DNA of 64,000 nucleotides from Oscillospiraceae bacterium (GCA_015067675.1 SVMB01000002.1:1315-65314), one strand, 5' to 3'. Positions 18,445-27,861 are shown, counted from the stretch's first letter. The notes: generated from the letters alone by a model not told the origin. A program made the numbers and translations.

Positions 18445-19401
18445 TCAGTACATGATGACCGCGCGAACGGGGCAAACGGGGCTGCAATAGCCGCAGGTCA
18501 GGCACTTCTCATGATTGACCTCGGCAAGGCCGCTTTCATTGTAGAAGATTGCTCCGGCGGGGCAGGCTGCCTTGCAGGAGCCGCAGCCCTCGCAGTCCTC
18601 CTGATTGATATAGACCTTTTTATGGGACACATCGGGATTGTAGTCAGGCGCCATGGAGCCGTCCAGATAGTGCAGCAGATCGTCCACCTCGGCGGTGGTT
18701 CCGAAACCGATCATGACCGAGTCAATCTCGGGCTTTGAAAACACGTAATCCAGCGCTTCCTGATAGTTGGCCGTGAGACTGCCGCCGCCAAAGGCCTTCA
18801 TGGAGAATACACCCTTACCCGCAGCGTGACATTTTGCGATGGCCGCCATCATCTCTTCACGGCTTGCAAATGCATTGCCGCGGCGAATGCCCAATCCCGC
18901 GCAGTTAATCAGCGGGAACACCACATCCAGCTCCTTCATCTCTGCCGCCGCCTCGGTGATGTCCACGTGATGGGTAGAAAGGCCGATTGCACGCACGAGG
19001 CCGCGCTTTTTGGCATCGATGAGCGCCTGCCAGGCGCCCTCACGCTTTTCCAGCTGCCCGGAGCGCACCTCATGCATCAGGAAGATATCGATCACATCCC
19101 GGCGCAGCTCGGATCTTGCCTCCATGATCGCCTCGATCATGCCGTCGTAATCGCCGCACAGGGACTTGGAGCAGATGATAACATCGTCAAATTCTCCGTC
19201 CCCCAGCGCGCGGCTGATGTAGGGATAGGTGCGGTAATACTGCGCGGTGTCGATGAAATTCATGCCCGCACTCAGCGCATAGCGCAGAATCCGCGCACCT
19301 TCCTCCACCGGGAGCGCCAGCTGGCTGGGGCCAATGGGCAGCACGCCGAAGCCTGCGACGGTGACTTCGATGCCGGTATGTCCTAGTAACGTTTTTTTCA
19401 T
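18445..19401 (-). CDS. aldo/keto reductase fused to a C-terminal 2x[4Fe-4S] ferredoxin domain
   Basis: AKR-like N-terminus (GFGVLPIG...NFIDTAQYY). C-terminus CEGCGSCKAACP...CLTCGYCSPVCP. Confidence 0.8.
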   Translation of the reverse strand: MKKTLLGHTGIEVTVAGFGVLPIGPSQLALPVEEGARILRYALSAGMNFIDTAQYYRTYPYISRALGDGEFDDVIICSKSLCGDYDGMIEAIMEARSELRRDVIDIFLMHEVRSGQLEKREGAWQALIDAKKRGLVRAIGLSTHHVDITEAAAEMKELDVVFPLINCAGLGIRRGNAFASREEMMAAIAKCHAAGKGVFSMKAFGGGSLTANYQEALDYVFSKPEIDSVMIGFGTTAEVDDLLHYLDGSMAPDYNPDVSHKKVYINQEDCEGCGSCKAACPAGAIFYNESGLAEVNHEKCLTCGYCSPVCPVRAVIMY

Positions 19402-19426
19402 GGAGAATCCTCACAGAGACCGTATT

Positions 19427-19469
19427 GAAAACGAAAAAGCACAGCGCCGCAATCTCTGCAGTGCTGCGC
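19427..19469 (-). terminator. terminator-like hairpin plus U-tract inside the 5' leader of the AKR operon
   Basis: Minus strand: gcgcagcac-N13-gcgctgtgc (8/9 pairs) followed by tttttcgtttt, ending ~25 nt before the AKR start codon. Confidence 0.4.
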
Positions 19470-19546
19470 ACCGGTTTTCGTATGCATCCGGAAACCGCAG
19501 CCGTAACACAACCCGTGTTTTTCAGGCAGACCGGCTTCCTGGCTGT

Positions 19547-19575
19547 ATTATAGCACAGTTTTCAGCACCGTTCAA
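19547..19575 (-). promoter_or_regulatory. promoter of the AKR/beta-propeller operon
   Basis: Minus strand: TTGAAC-17 nt-TATAAT with TGc extended -10. Confidence 0.5.
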
Positions 19576-19720
19576 GATAAAGCCTGGATTTTTCGGCCAC
19601 GTATCCGTCCAGTTCACACGCTGTTCCGTCCTAACCTCACACGTTCTTCTTTCCCGGCAGATCCCTCTTATCAGAACCGGGTTTTTCCTGTATAGCGGAG
19701 GCTGTAAATTGAATATGCAA

Positions 19721-19794
19721 TAAAAAATCCATAGTGACGAATCCGTTTCAGAATGGAAGCTGCTCATACAACCAACCGAAAGGATCGTCACTAT
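19721..19794 (-). terminator. long interrupted hairpin plus U-tract, probable terminator of the esterase operon
   Basis: atagtgacg/cgtcactat, atcc/ggat and tttc/gaaa stems (17 bp with two bulges). On the minus strand this is followed by ggatttttt. Confidence 0.5.
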
Positions 19795-19872
19795 AGACAA
19801 GCTCAATCAGACTACAGAAAAGGGCAACATGGTTAAACTTCACGTTTTCCCTCTCCGGTATTCAGACTGGCA

Positions 19873-20895
19873 CTATTTTGCGCTTTTCAGGTCATTGATC
19901 ACACGATCAATGGGTGCGTCGTCACGGTTGAACTCATGCGGCGCGTCAAAGAGCACCAGTTCCGCCCAGTCCGTGTCAACCCCTGCGTCGGCGCACATGG
20001 CTTTGAGCCGATCAAAGGATTCCACGCCGATCTTCCAGTCAAACAGCGCATCCGACGTGCCGATGTTGAGGGTGATCCTGCGCGGCCAGACCAGCGCCGC
20101 GATCTCTGCGTCGTCGAAGAGGAAGGCTGAATTGTTCCACGTCCAGTCCTGCCAGGGCACTGCGTCCCGGCTGTTGAAGAACGAGCAGGAATGGGTGGAC
20201 ACCAGCCGTGTATCGATCGCCGCCGTGTACAGCGCATAGAAGCCGCCGTAGGACATACCCACCATACCCAGCGTGGACACGTACTCCTGCGCCTCAAACC
20301 AGTCGAGGATGCGCATGATGCCGTAGACCTCCACCGCCGTGATGGAGCTGCCCACACGTTTGAGCCGGGCGTCGATCTTCTGCCGGTCAAACTCCACCTG
20401 ATATTCCCCGCTCCACAGCAGAAGCTGCGGCGCGAAGGCGTGCACATCGCGGTCGATGACGCGGGTGAGCATATCGCAGTAGTTGCCGGTGGTGCCGAGC
20501 ACACCGGAAATACGCTCCGGGGTTCCCAAGCCTCCGTGCTGCACGATCACCAACGGTCTTTTGCCCTCACCGTCACGCCTGAAGAACAGGCCCGTCATCA
20601 CAAGACCGTCGAGAATCTCAAAGCCCATCCGGTAAAGGGTATAGCCGTCCTCTTCCGAGAGCTTTTCGCAGGAGGCCACTGTCGGGAGTCCTTTCGTTTC
20701 ATGATCCACCAGCGGCCAGCCCAGCATGCGCCGGAACTCCATGCGGTAGCGCTCGGGATCGGTGAAGATATCCTTTACATATGCCTCTCGGGCACAGGCG
20801 CCCTCGGCCTGACGCTGCGCGATCAGCGATTCGATACCGTCGAGATAAAGCTGCTTTGACGCATTCGCGTCTGTCTTTTCTTCCTGATACTTCAT
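19873..20895 (-). CDS. alpha/beta hydrolase (esterase/dienelactone-hydrolase-like)
   Basis: GMSYGG nucleophile elbow. ATG at 20895 lies 8 nt after GGAGGGA. The alternative ATG at 20910 overlaps the upstream stop (TAATG). Confidence 0.7.
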   Translation of the reverse strand: MKYQEEKTDANASKQLYLDGIESLIAQRQAEGACAREAYVKDIFTDPERYRMEFRRMLGWPLVDHETKGLPTVASCEKLSEEDGYTLYRMGFEILDGLVMTGLFFRRDGEGKRPLVIVQHGGLGTPERISGVLGTTGNYCDMLTRVIDRDVHAFAPQLLLWSGEYQVEFDRQKIDARLKRVGSSITAVEVYGIMRILDWFEAQEYVSTLGMVGMSYGGFYALYTAAIDTRLVSTHSCSFFNSRDAVPWQDWTWNNSAFLFDDAEIAALVWPRRITLNIGTSDALFDWKIGVESFDRLKAMCADAGVDTDWAELVLFDAPHEFNRDDAPIDRVINDLKSAK

Positions 20896-20909
20896 TTTGA
20901 TTCCCTCCA

Positions 20910-21596
20910 TTACCGGATTCGGGGTGCACGACGTCCCGGGCAGTCATCCAGCGGACAGTACTGACAATTTTCGTAAAAGGTCTCGCTTTCAAAGGTGATA
21001 CCGCTGACCGACTTGGTCGGCAGCATCAGGAAGCTGTCGGTATAGGTCACGCCAATGTGTTCCCTGACAAAGTCCACCCCGCCCAGCATCGCAAACAATT
21101 CCTGCTGACCGCTGACCGGCCACTCCTGACGGGACCCGGGATTGAGTGCTGCACGGTAGCCGCTGAGATGGTAAGCCTCGTTCAGATATTCCGAAAGCGC
21201 GCTGATCGCCTTGCGCAGATACTTCTTTTTGATCTCATCGGCCCAGTATTCGGTCAGCAGATCGTCCTTATACTGCAGTGACCAGTTTTCAAGTGCCGTT
21301 CCGCAGGTGGCAATATAGGGAAAGCAGCGCTTTTTCTCCCCAAGCTTTTCCGCAACCAGCGCATTCTCAACCTTCACGCCGCCCACTGTCACGCTCTGCG
21401 CCGATGCATCCGTCACGGCACAAATACCGAAGAGCACCACCGGATCCGCCAGGGCATCCGCCTCGTCGATCATGTCGGTCAGTTCCTCCGCCAGTTCCTC
21501 ATTGGCAAGAGCTGCCAGTTCTTCGCGTTCCTGATCGGACAGCCCCGGTTTTTCCATTTTGGCCAGCATATATGTTCCGATTTCTTTGATAATCAT
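20910..21596 (-). CDS. methionine-synthase (MetH) activation-domain-like protein
   Basis: Stand-alone ~228-aa protein resembling the B12-dependent Met synthase activation domain, with a C-terminal CQYCPLDDC. GGGAGGA SD. Confidence 0.55.
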   Translation of the reverse strand: MIIKEIGTYMLAKMEKPGLSDQEREELAALANEELAEELTDMIDEADALADPVVLFGICAVTDASAQSVTVGGVKVENALVAEKLGEKKRCFPYIATCGTALENWSLQYKDDLLTEYWADEIKKKYLRKAISALSEYLNEAYHLSGYRAALNPGSRQEWPVSGQQELFAMLGGVDFVREHIGVTYTDSFLMLPTKSVSGITFESETFYENCQYCPLDDCPGRRAPRIR

Positions 21597-21870
21597 GGTT
21601 ATCCTCCCATCAAAGGTATCTGCTTTGACTTCTCTTTCCTTATATCATACCCGTTCGGGACACATATTGCAAGAGAAAACGTAATATGCGTAAAAAACAC
21701 TTTCCCTGCGGTACGCACTAAGAACAGTCGGCGCACAAAAATCTCCATAATCTCCCATTTCTTTCTGTTCCGCCTGCTTTTTCCCGTCAAAAAAAAAGGA
21801 CTCCTCATAATTTTTCCCGAATCCGGCCGTTTTTTCACATTTTTTCCTTTTCACAGCTATTGACATGTGG

Positions 21871-21920
21871 TATAATACCTTTCCAGATCAACATCTGTTG
21901 ATTTATCAACTGTCGTTGAT
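21871..21920 (+). promoter_or_regulatory. extended -10 promoter (TGgTATAAT) followed by two tandem ATCAAC-N4-GTTGAT palindromes
   Basis: TATAAT at 21871-21876. Palindromes at 21887-21902 and 21905-21920. Confidence 0.5.
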
Positions 21921-21980
21921 CAAAACACACGTGAGCGTTCGGATGGATCTGATCATGCAGCGCTCGGGAAGGATACCGCC

Positions 21981-22841
21981 ATGACCAGAATCATCACCGA
22001 CACCACCGCCGATTTCGAACCCCATGAACTCAAATCGCTCAATATCGACTTTATCCCCCTGACCGTTATCTTCGGCGATCAGGAATACCAGGAACATATC
22101 AACCTCACCAAGGATCAGTTCTATCGCCTGCTTGAAAAATCCCCCGAATCTCCCAAAACCGCGCAGCCCTCTCCCCATTATCTGGAAGATCTTTTCCGTC
22201 AGGCTCATGATGCCGGCGACGACGCCGTCTGCATCACCATTTCCTCCCAGCTCAGCGGCACCTACCAGAGCGCAGTCATGGTACAGCGGGAGCTCGGTTG
22301 GGACAACTGCTGCGTTGTAGACAGTCTCAGCGGCACCGGCGGCCACCGGCTGCTGGTGGAGCATGCGGTGAAGCTGCGCGATCAGGGCAAGGGCGCGCGG
22401 GAAATCGCTGCCGAGCTTGAAAAGCTGCGGGAGCGCGTCATCCTCTACACCTGCATGGATACGCTGGAGTACCTCTATCGCGGCGGACGCATCTCCCACG
22501 CGGTCTACACCATCGGCAGTCTTGCCCACATCAAGCCCATCATGCACGTCTCTCCCGAGGGCCGCGCCGTGATCCCGGCCAAGATGCTGGGGCTGCGCAA
22601 GGGCATTGAGTATCTGTGCCGTCAGCCCGGGATCAAGAAGCCCGACCCGGCTTTCCCCTTCTACGTGATGTATACCGACGTGCGCACCAACGGAGAGCTG
22701 CTGGCCGACCGTCTGCGCGAGCTGGGCTACGATATCCCCGATGCAAACATCATTCCCGTTGGCGCCGCCGTCGGCACCCACATCGGCCCCAACGCCTGCG
22801 CAATTGTCTACATCTGCGAAGAAGGCACTGTCAACGAATAA
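21981..22841 (+). CDS. DegV family fatty-acid-binding protein
   Basis: MTRIITDTTADF...TAQPSP...ITISSQLSGTYQSA is characteristic of DegV. Confidence 0.9.
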   Translation: MTRIITDTTADFEPHELKSLNIDFIPLTVIFGDQEYQEHINLTKDQFYRLLEKSPESPKTAQPSPHYLEDLFRQAHDAGDDAVCITISSQLSGTYQSAVMVQRELGWDNCCVVDSLSGTGGHRLLVEHAVKLRDQGKGAREIAAELEKLRERVILYTCMDTLEYLYRGGRISHAVYTIGSLAHIKPIMHVSPEGRAVIPAKMLGLRKGIEYLCRQPGIKKPDPAFPFYVMYTDVRTNGELLADRLRELGYDIPDANIIPVGAAVGTHIGPNACAIVYICEEGTVNE

Positions 22842-22855
22842 TCAAATCAACGTAC

Positions 22856-22889
22856 AAAAAGCAGGGATTCTCTCGAATCCCTGCTTTTT
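22856..22889. terminator. bidirectional intrinsic terminator
   Basis: aaaaagcagggattc-tctc-gaatccctgcttttt between convergent degV-family and pcrA genes. Confidence 0.8.
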
Positions 22890-22906
22890 ATTGCACAAAT
22901 CGGTAT

Positions 22907-25324
22907 TTACTCTGTGACTTTGGTGATAAACTGCGCCGCGGTGTTGGCCATCAGGCGCTTGGTGCCGTGTCTGGGATTTTCAAACTCCACCGTCAGCAGC
23001 ATATCGCCGCCCATGGGCAGGGTCTGCCGCACGATACCGGGGCCGAAAGCCTTATGGACGAGCTTATCGCCGGTGCGGAAGAGCACCGCCTTGCCGGTCT
23101 GCTGGGCAGGCCTGGACAGAATCGAGGGCGCGGCAATCGGTGCCGGAGGCTTGCGCTGCGGACGCTGCGCGGCAAAGTTGCGCTGGGGCGCCGCCTTCTG
23201 GGCAGCAGGATCGCGGTCGATGCATTCCGGCGGAATCTCATCCAGGAAGCGGGACTGCTTATTATAGGAGGTACGACCGAAGATCGTACGCTGGCGGGTA
23301 CAGGAGATATGCAGATTCTTCTTGGCACGGGTGATACCCACGTAGCAAAGACGGCGTTCCTCTTCCAGGGACTCCGGATCGTTTGCCGAACGGATGCCGG
23401 GGAAGATGCCTTCTTCCATGCCGCAGAGGAATACATGGGGGAATTCCAGACCCTTGGCCGCGTGCAGCGTCATCATGACGGCGGCGTCGGCGGAATCGTC
23501 GTAGCGGTCGATATCGGTAAAGAGTGCCACTTCCTCCAGAAAGCCGGTGAGGGTGGGAGAATCGTTATCCTTGACGTAGTTGACGATACTGGACTTGAGT
23601 TCCTGTACGTTTTCCGCACGGGTCATGCTTTCAATGTCCTTCTTGGCTTCCAGCATCGCAAGATAGCCGGTCTTTTCCAGCACCAGATCGTAGAACTCAT
23701 CCAGCGGCATGGCATCCGCCTGCAGACGCAGCTCTTCCAGCATCTCGGCAAAAGCCTGCATAGGCTGGGCGGCGCGGTCAAACACGCCGAAGCTCTCGGC
23801 GTCGCGCAGGACATCGTAGAGATGGATGCTGTTTTCAACCGCCACTTCCATGGCCTTCTCCACGCGGGTATCGCTGATGCGGCGGGGCGGATTATTGATG
23901 ATACGGCGCAGGCGCATGGTATCGGCGTGGTTTTCGATGGCGCACAGATAGGCCAGCATGTCCTTGACCTCGGCACGGTCGAAGAAGCGCATGCCGCCGA
24001 CGATGCGGTAGGGAATACCGTTGCGCTTGAAGGCATTTTCAATGGCGTTTGACTGGGCATTGATGCGGTAAAGCACGGCAAAATCCCGGGGTGTGAAGCC
24101 GTTTCTGTAACCGGCGAGAATCTGCGCGGCGATGTACTGCGCTTCGTCACCCTCGGTCTGACCGGCGTAGAAGGAAATCTTGTCGCCGCCGGCGGCCTGG
24201 GTCCAAAGCTCCTTGCCGCGGCGCTCCTCATTGTTGCGGATGACGGCATTGGCGGCGTCAAGAATAGTCTGGGTAGAGCGGTAATTCTGCTCAAGCCGGA
24301 TTACCCGGGCCGTGGGATAGGTCTTTTCAAACTCCAGAATGTTGCGCACGGTGGCGCCGCGGAAGCGGTAGATGCTCTGGTCGTCATCACCGACCACGCA
24401 GAGGTTTTCATAGCCGCCCGCCAGCAGATGGGTCAGTTCATCCTGCGCGGGGTTGGTATCCTGATACTCGTCCACCATGACGTAGCGGAACTTGTTCTGG
24501 TAATACTCGCGCACCTCGGGCTGCTCCCGCAGCAGGCGCACGGTCAGAAAGATCAGATCATCAAAGTCCAGCGCATTAGCTTCGTGCATACGCCTGGTAT
24601 AGAGGCGATAGATCCGCGCAATATCCGCCCGTCGGACATCGGAGGCGGCGGTACGCTGGTCATCCTCCGCCTTTTCGAAGGCTTCGGCATCCATCAGCGC
24701 ATCCTTGGCGCGGCTGATGATATTGGAAATTGCACGGGGAACAAAGAGCTTTTCATCAAAGCGCAGTTCCTTGAGAACACCGCGCAGTACGCTCTGACGC
24801 TCGTCCTCATCATAAATGGTGAAGCTGCGCTCAAAGCCCAGGCGGTCGATATCCCGGCGCAGGATGCGCGCACAGGCGGAATGGAAGGTAGAAGCCCAGA
24901 TATCGGCAGCGGCAGGGCCGAGGGTGCGCTCAAGACGGGCTTTAAGCTCACCGGCGGCCTTATTGGTAAAGGTAATGGCCAGAATATTCCAGGGACGCAC
25001 GGGATTAACGGCGCAGAGCTTCGAAACCGTCTCCGCATCCAGCGTACCGGGGACTTCCAGTTCCTGCGCCATCTGGGCAAGCTCCGGCATCCCGGCGCCT
25101 TCCGGCGCCAGTTCTGCCGCGGCGCCGTCGCCGAACCGTACAAGGTTTGCAATGCGGTTGATGAGCACCGTAGTCTTACCGGAACCGGCGCCTGCCAGCA
25201 CCAGCAGCGGCCCACGGGTATGCATGACTGCTTCACGCTGGGCAGGATTGAGCTTTTCGTACTGCTTTTCAATCAGCGCCCGGCGCAGAGCCGTATATTT
25301 TTTATCAAATATCGTTTGCTCCAA
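22907..25324 (-). CDS. pcrA: ATP-dependent DNA helicase PcrA/UvrD
   Basis: AGAGSGKTT Walker A, DEYQDTN, and SF1 helicase motifs throughout. TTG start lies 8 nt after GAGGTG. Confidence 0.9.
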   Translation of the reverse strand: MEQTIFDKKYTALRRALIEKQYEKLNPAQREAVMHTRGPLLVLAGAGSGKTTVLINRIANLVRFGDGAAAELAPEGAGMPELAQMAQELEVPGTLDAETVSKLCAVNPVRPWNILAITFTNKAAGELKARLERTLGPAAADIWASTFHSACARILRRDIDRLGFERSFTIYDEDERQSVLRGVLKELRFDEKLFVPRAISNIISRAKDALMDAEAFEKAEDDQRTAASDVRRADIARIYRLYTRRMHEANALDFDDLIFLTVRLLREQPEVREYYQNKFRYVMVDEYQDTNPAQDELTHLLAGGYENLCVVGDDDQSIYRFRGATVRNILEFEKTYPTARVIRLEQNYRSTQTILDAANAVIRNNEERRGKELWTQAAGGDKISFYAGQTEGDEAQYIAAQILAGYRNGFTPRDFAVLYRINAQSNAIENAFKRNGIPYRIVGGMRFFDRAEVKDMLAYLCAIENHADTMRLRRIINNPPRRISDTRVEKAMEVAVENSIHLYDVLRDAESFGVFDRAAQPMQAFAEMLEELRLQADAMPLDEFYDLVLEKTGYLAMLEAKKDIESMTRAENVQELKSSIVNYVKDNDSPTLTGFLEEVALFTDIDRYDDSADAAVMMTLHAAKGLEFPHVFLCGMEEGIFPGIRSANDPESLEEERRLCYVGITRAKKNLHISCTRQRTIFGRTSYNKQSRFLDEIPPECIDRDPAAQKAAPQRNFAAQRPQRKPPAPIAAPSILSRPAQQTGKAVLFRTGDKLVHKAFGPGIVRQTLPMGGDMLLTVEFENPRHGTKRLMANTAAQFITKVTE

Positions 25325-25441
25325 AATGAAGACACCTCATTTCCATATACCCTATATTGTACACCATTTTTGCCGTTTTGTAAAGTCGGGGTTTGAAAAC
25401 ACGGTTTTCTTCATGTTTTATGCAACTTTTCAGGGTACAAA

Positions 25442-25481
25442 AGAGCCGTCCCCGGCATCATGGCGATTTGGGAACGGCTCT
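25442..25481 (-). terminator. terminator hairpin of the glycoside-hydrolase-like gene
   Basis: agagccgtcccc/gggaacggctct stem with a short U-run on the minus strand. Confidence 0.45.
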
Positions 25482-25505
25482 GTACGGTATTGGAAGCGTT
25501 TATTG

Positions 25506-26843
25506 TCAGATAACCTTGATCGGGCCGACGACGGTGAAGCCGTCCTCGATCGGCGCGTTGACAGGCATACGGATGACGGGCTTTTGGGTATCCGGATCGA
25601 CAAGCGCCGCCTGCAATTGGTAGTCACCCGGCAGCATATCCGCGGGCAGACGGATGTCATCGTGCCAGAGCGTGTCGCCGGGCAGCCAGTCACGGCAGTC
25701 GGTATCGGTGATGATCGTATAATCGGCATGCTCGCCGTGCAGACGAAGCGCCAGCGGATAGCGGTAGTAGCAGGGAGCCACGCCGCGGTTCTCCATCCAC
25801 ATCTCAACGTGCATCAGATCGCCGGGAGCCACCTCACCTGCCCAGCGCAGGCTGCGAAGCGTATAACGGTAGCCCATACGGCGGCACCACTCGTCCACGC
25901 TGGACTGCCACTGGGGCGGAATGGCCGAGGATTTGGCGTTGAAGCTGGTGATGTGCCATTTCAGGGACTGCTCGATGATATAATCGATATCCCAGCCCAT
26001 ATCCAGCCAGTGATAGACCACCCAGCAGACCTCGAAGCTGACCGGCGCCTTCTTCCACAGGTCACGGAGGGGTTCAATGGCCTTGGGATAGAAGTCCAGC
26101 ATATGGCTGAAGCCCTTGTCAAAGCCTCCCATATCACCCAGACAGTCGGCACGCCAGCCGACCGGGCGGGTACGGTTGGCGTAGAGCACGGCATCGGGGG
26201 ATACAATGAAGCCCATGAGGGGCGTTTTCTTAAAACTGTGGGTATAGGCGTCGATCAGAGCACGGCGGCGCTCCGGCGGAAGCGTATCGGTGCCGCCGCC
26301 CTCGCCCCAGGTACCGATGATGGACAGATCCACGCTGTCCAGACGGGGATCGTTATCGTATTTGGCGGCAATGGCGCGGATGGCATCGGGGAAGTGGCGA
26401 TAGAAGCCGTCCTTTTCGGGGATGGAATGGTCGTTGAAGCCGCGGGGCTTTTCGCCGTACTTATCACGGTACCAGTCCGGGACGTCGATATCTTCCATCT
26501 CACCGTAGGGTGCCAGGCGGAACATCAGCTTCTGTCCCCGGGAATCTGCCGTTGCCATCGCCTTTTCCAGCATATCGAAGTTATACTGTCCCTCTTCCGG
26601 CTCAAAAAACTTCCAGTACACCCGGAAGTATGCAAGGGTCGTATCGGGGTGATTTTCATTTTTCAAACTGCCGGTGAAGGGCTGGTACTCGATAGGGTAT
26701 CCTTCCGTCCATCCCCGGTTCTTCAGGGGATTGAGCTTATCACCGTTGAAGCGCTGAAAGGTGGTAAAGCCCATATGGGGATTGAGCAGCAGCTCGTTGG
26801 TGGGCATGAAGCGTGCATAGCGGTCATCAATTCGGTAGGCCAT
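25506..26843 (-). CDS. putative glycoside hydrolase (TIM-barrel, DUF4832-like)
   Basis: NPHMGFTTFQRF...YFRVYWKFFEPEEGQYNF...IGTWGEGGG resembles GH42/DUF4832-type barrels. AAGGAGGAA SD. Confidence 0.5.
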   Translation of the reverse strand: MAYRIDDRYARFMPTNELLLNPHMGFTTFQRFNGDKLNPLKNRGWTEGYPIEYQPFTGSLKNENHPDTTLAYFRVYWKFFEPEEGQYNFDMLEKAMATADSRGQKLMFRLAPYGEMEDIDVPDWYRDKYGEKPRGFNDHSIPEKDGFYRHFPDAIRAIAAKYDNDPRLDSVDLSIIGTWGEGGGTDTLPPERRRALIDAYTHSFKKTPLMGFIVSPDAVLYANRTRPVGWRADCLGDMGGFDKGFSHMLDFYPKAIEPLRDLWKKAPVSFEVCWVVYHWLDMGWDIDYIIEQSLKWHITSFNAKSSAIPPQWQSSVDEWCRRMGYRYTLRSLRWAGEVAPGDLMHVEMWMENRGVAPCYYRYPLALRLHGEHADYTIITDTDCRDWLPGDTLWHDDIRLPADMLPGDYQLQAALVDPDTQKPVIRMPVNAPIEDGFTVVGPIKVI

Positions 26844-26881
26844 ATTCCGTTCCTCCTTATATAGCAGCCGGCTTTTTCTTC

Positions 26882-26909
26882 ATTATAGCACGGATTTTTC
26901 ATATTTCAA
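26882..26909 (-). promoter_or_regulatory. promoter of the DUF4832-like gene
   Basis: Minus strand: TTGAAA-16 nt-TATAAT with TGc extended -10. Confidence 0.45.
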
Positions 26910-26948
26910 CACAATTCTTCCTCCCCTCAAAAAAGCATCCGCCTTAAC

Positions 26949-26977
26949 TTGACATACAGACAAATTCCTGCTATACT
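26949..26977 (+). promoter_or_regulatory. promoter of pnuC
   Basis: TTGACA-17 nt-TATACT. Confidence 0.55.
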
Positions 26978-27010
26978 CATAGCGTTATATCTGCTGCCAC
27001 CGGGTAGCGT

Positions 27011-27079
27011 GATGCAGTATGCATCCGGCCGCACATCGTTAGGTCTTTGAAGATGTGCAGGACGGATGTTTTTATTTTT
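27011..27079 (+). promoter_or_regulatory. pnuC leader: mutually exclusive hairpin and intrinsic terminator (attenuator or riboswitch expression platform)
   Basis: gatgca-gta-tgcatc (27011-27025) shares gcatc with the 5' arm of the terminator catccg..gcacatc-N14-gatgtgc..cggatg (27022-27068), which is followed by tttttattttt. Confidence 0.5.
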
Positions 27080-27094
27080 GTCGGGAGGTTTTCC

Positions 27095-27781
27095 ATGAAG
27101 CTTTATAACCCATTCCGCGATCTGAGCCGTTTTGAGCGCACACTCTGGCTGACATCGATTGCCGTCATTACCCTGTCCTTTTTCCTTTCCGGCGGCAGTC
27201 TACTCTCGCTGACCGCTTCTCTCATCGGCGTCACAGGGCTGATCTTCGTTGCCAAGGGGTATGTGATCGGACAGGTACTGGTGGTAATCTTCTCCGTCTT
27301 TTACGGCATTATCTCCTGGTTTTTCCGCTACTATGGGGAAATGATCACCTATCTGGGTATGTCCTCCCCCATCGCCATCGTCACGGCTGTTTCCTGGCTG
27401 CGCCATCCCTACCGGGATACGCAGGAAGTCGAGGTTGTCAGGCTGAGAGGAAAGCACTGGCTCTCTCTGGTTCTGTCGGCAATCGCCGTTACGGCTGTGT
27501 TTTACTTCATTTTGAAGGCGCTGGGCAATGCCAGTCTCTTTTTCAGCACCCTTTCCGTCACCACAAGCTGGATTGCCTCCTATCTCACCTTCCTGCGCAG
27601 CCCCTATTATGCACTGGGCTACGCCTCCAACGATATTGTGCTGATCATCCTCTGGATCATTGCCGCCGTGCAGGATCTCTCCTGCCTGCCGATGGTACTG
27701 TGCTTTGTGATGTTTCTGGCAAACGACCTCTACGGCTTTTACAACTGGCGGCGGATGCAGAAGCGCCAGTCGCAGAACTGA
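27095..27781 (+). CDS. pnuC: nicotinamide riboside transporter PnuC family
   Basis: Multi-TM ~228-aa protein with PnuC-like features (...GYASNDIVLIILWI...FYNWRRM). GGGAGG SD before the ATG at 27095. Confidence 0.75.
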   Translation: MKLYNPFRDLSRFERTLWLTSIAVITLSFFLSGGSLLSLTASLIGVTGLIFVAKGYVIGQVLVVIFSVFYGIISWFFRYYGEMITYLGMSSPIAIVTAVSWLRHPYRDTQEVEVVRLRGKHWLSLVLSAIAVTAVFYFILKALGNASLFFSTLSVTTSWIASYLTFLRSPYYALGYASNDIVLIILWIIAAVQDLSCLPMVLCFVMFLANDLYGFYNWRRMQKRQSQN

Positions 27782-27861
27782 GTCTCATACAGAAAGCCCT
27801 CTTGCGCCGTGGTCAGCAGCGTAAGAGGGCTTTCTGCAAAATGGAGGATGTAATTTGATAC

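Noticed and set aside
21887-21920. Reading the DegV-upstream palindromes as FNR/CRP boxes
   Set aside because: The half-sites are ATCAAC...GTTGAT, inverted relative to TTGAT-N4-ATCAA. They lie downstream of the -10, a repressor-like position and not an activator position.
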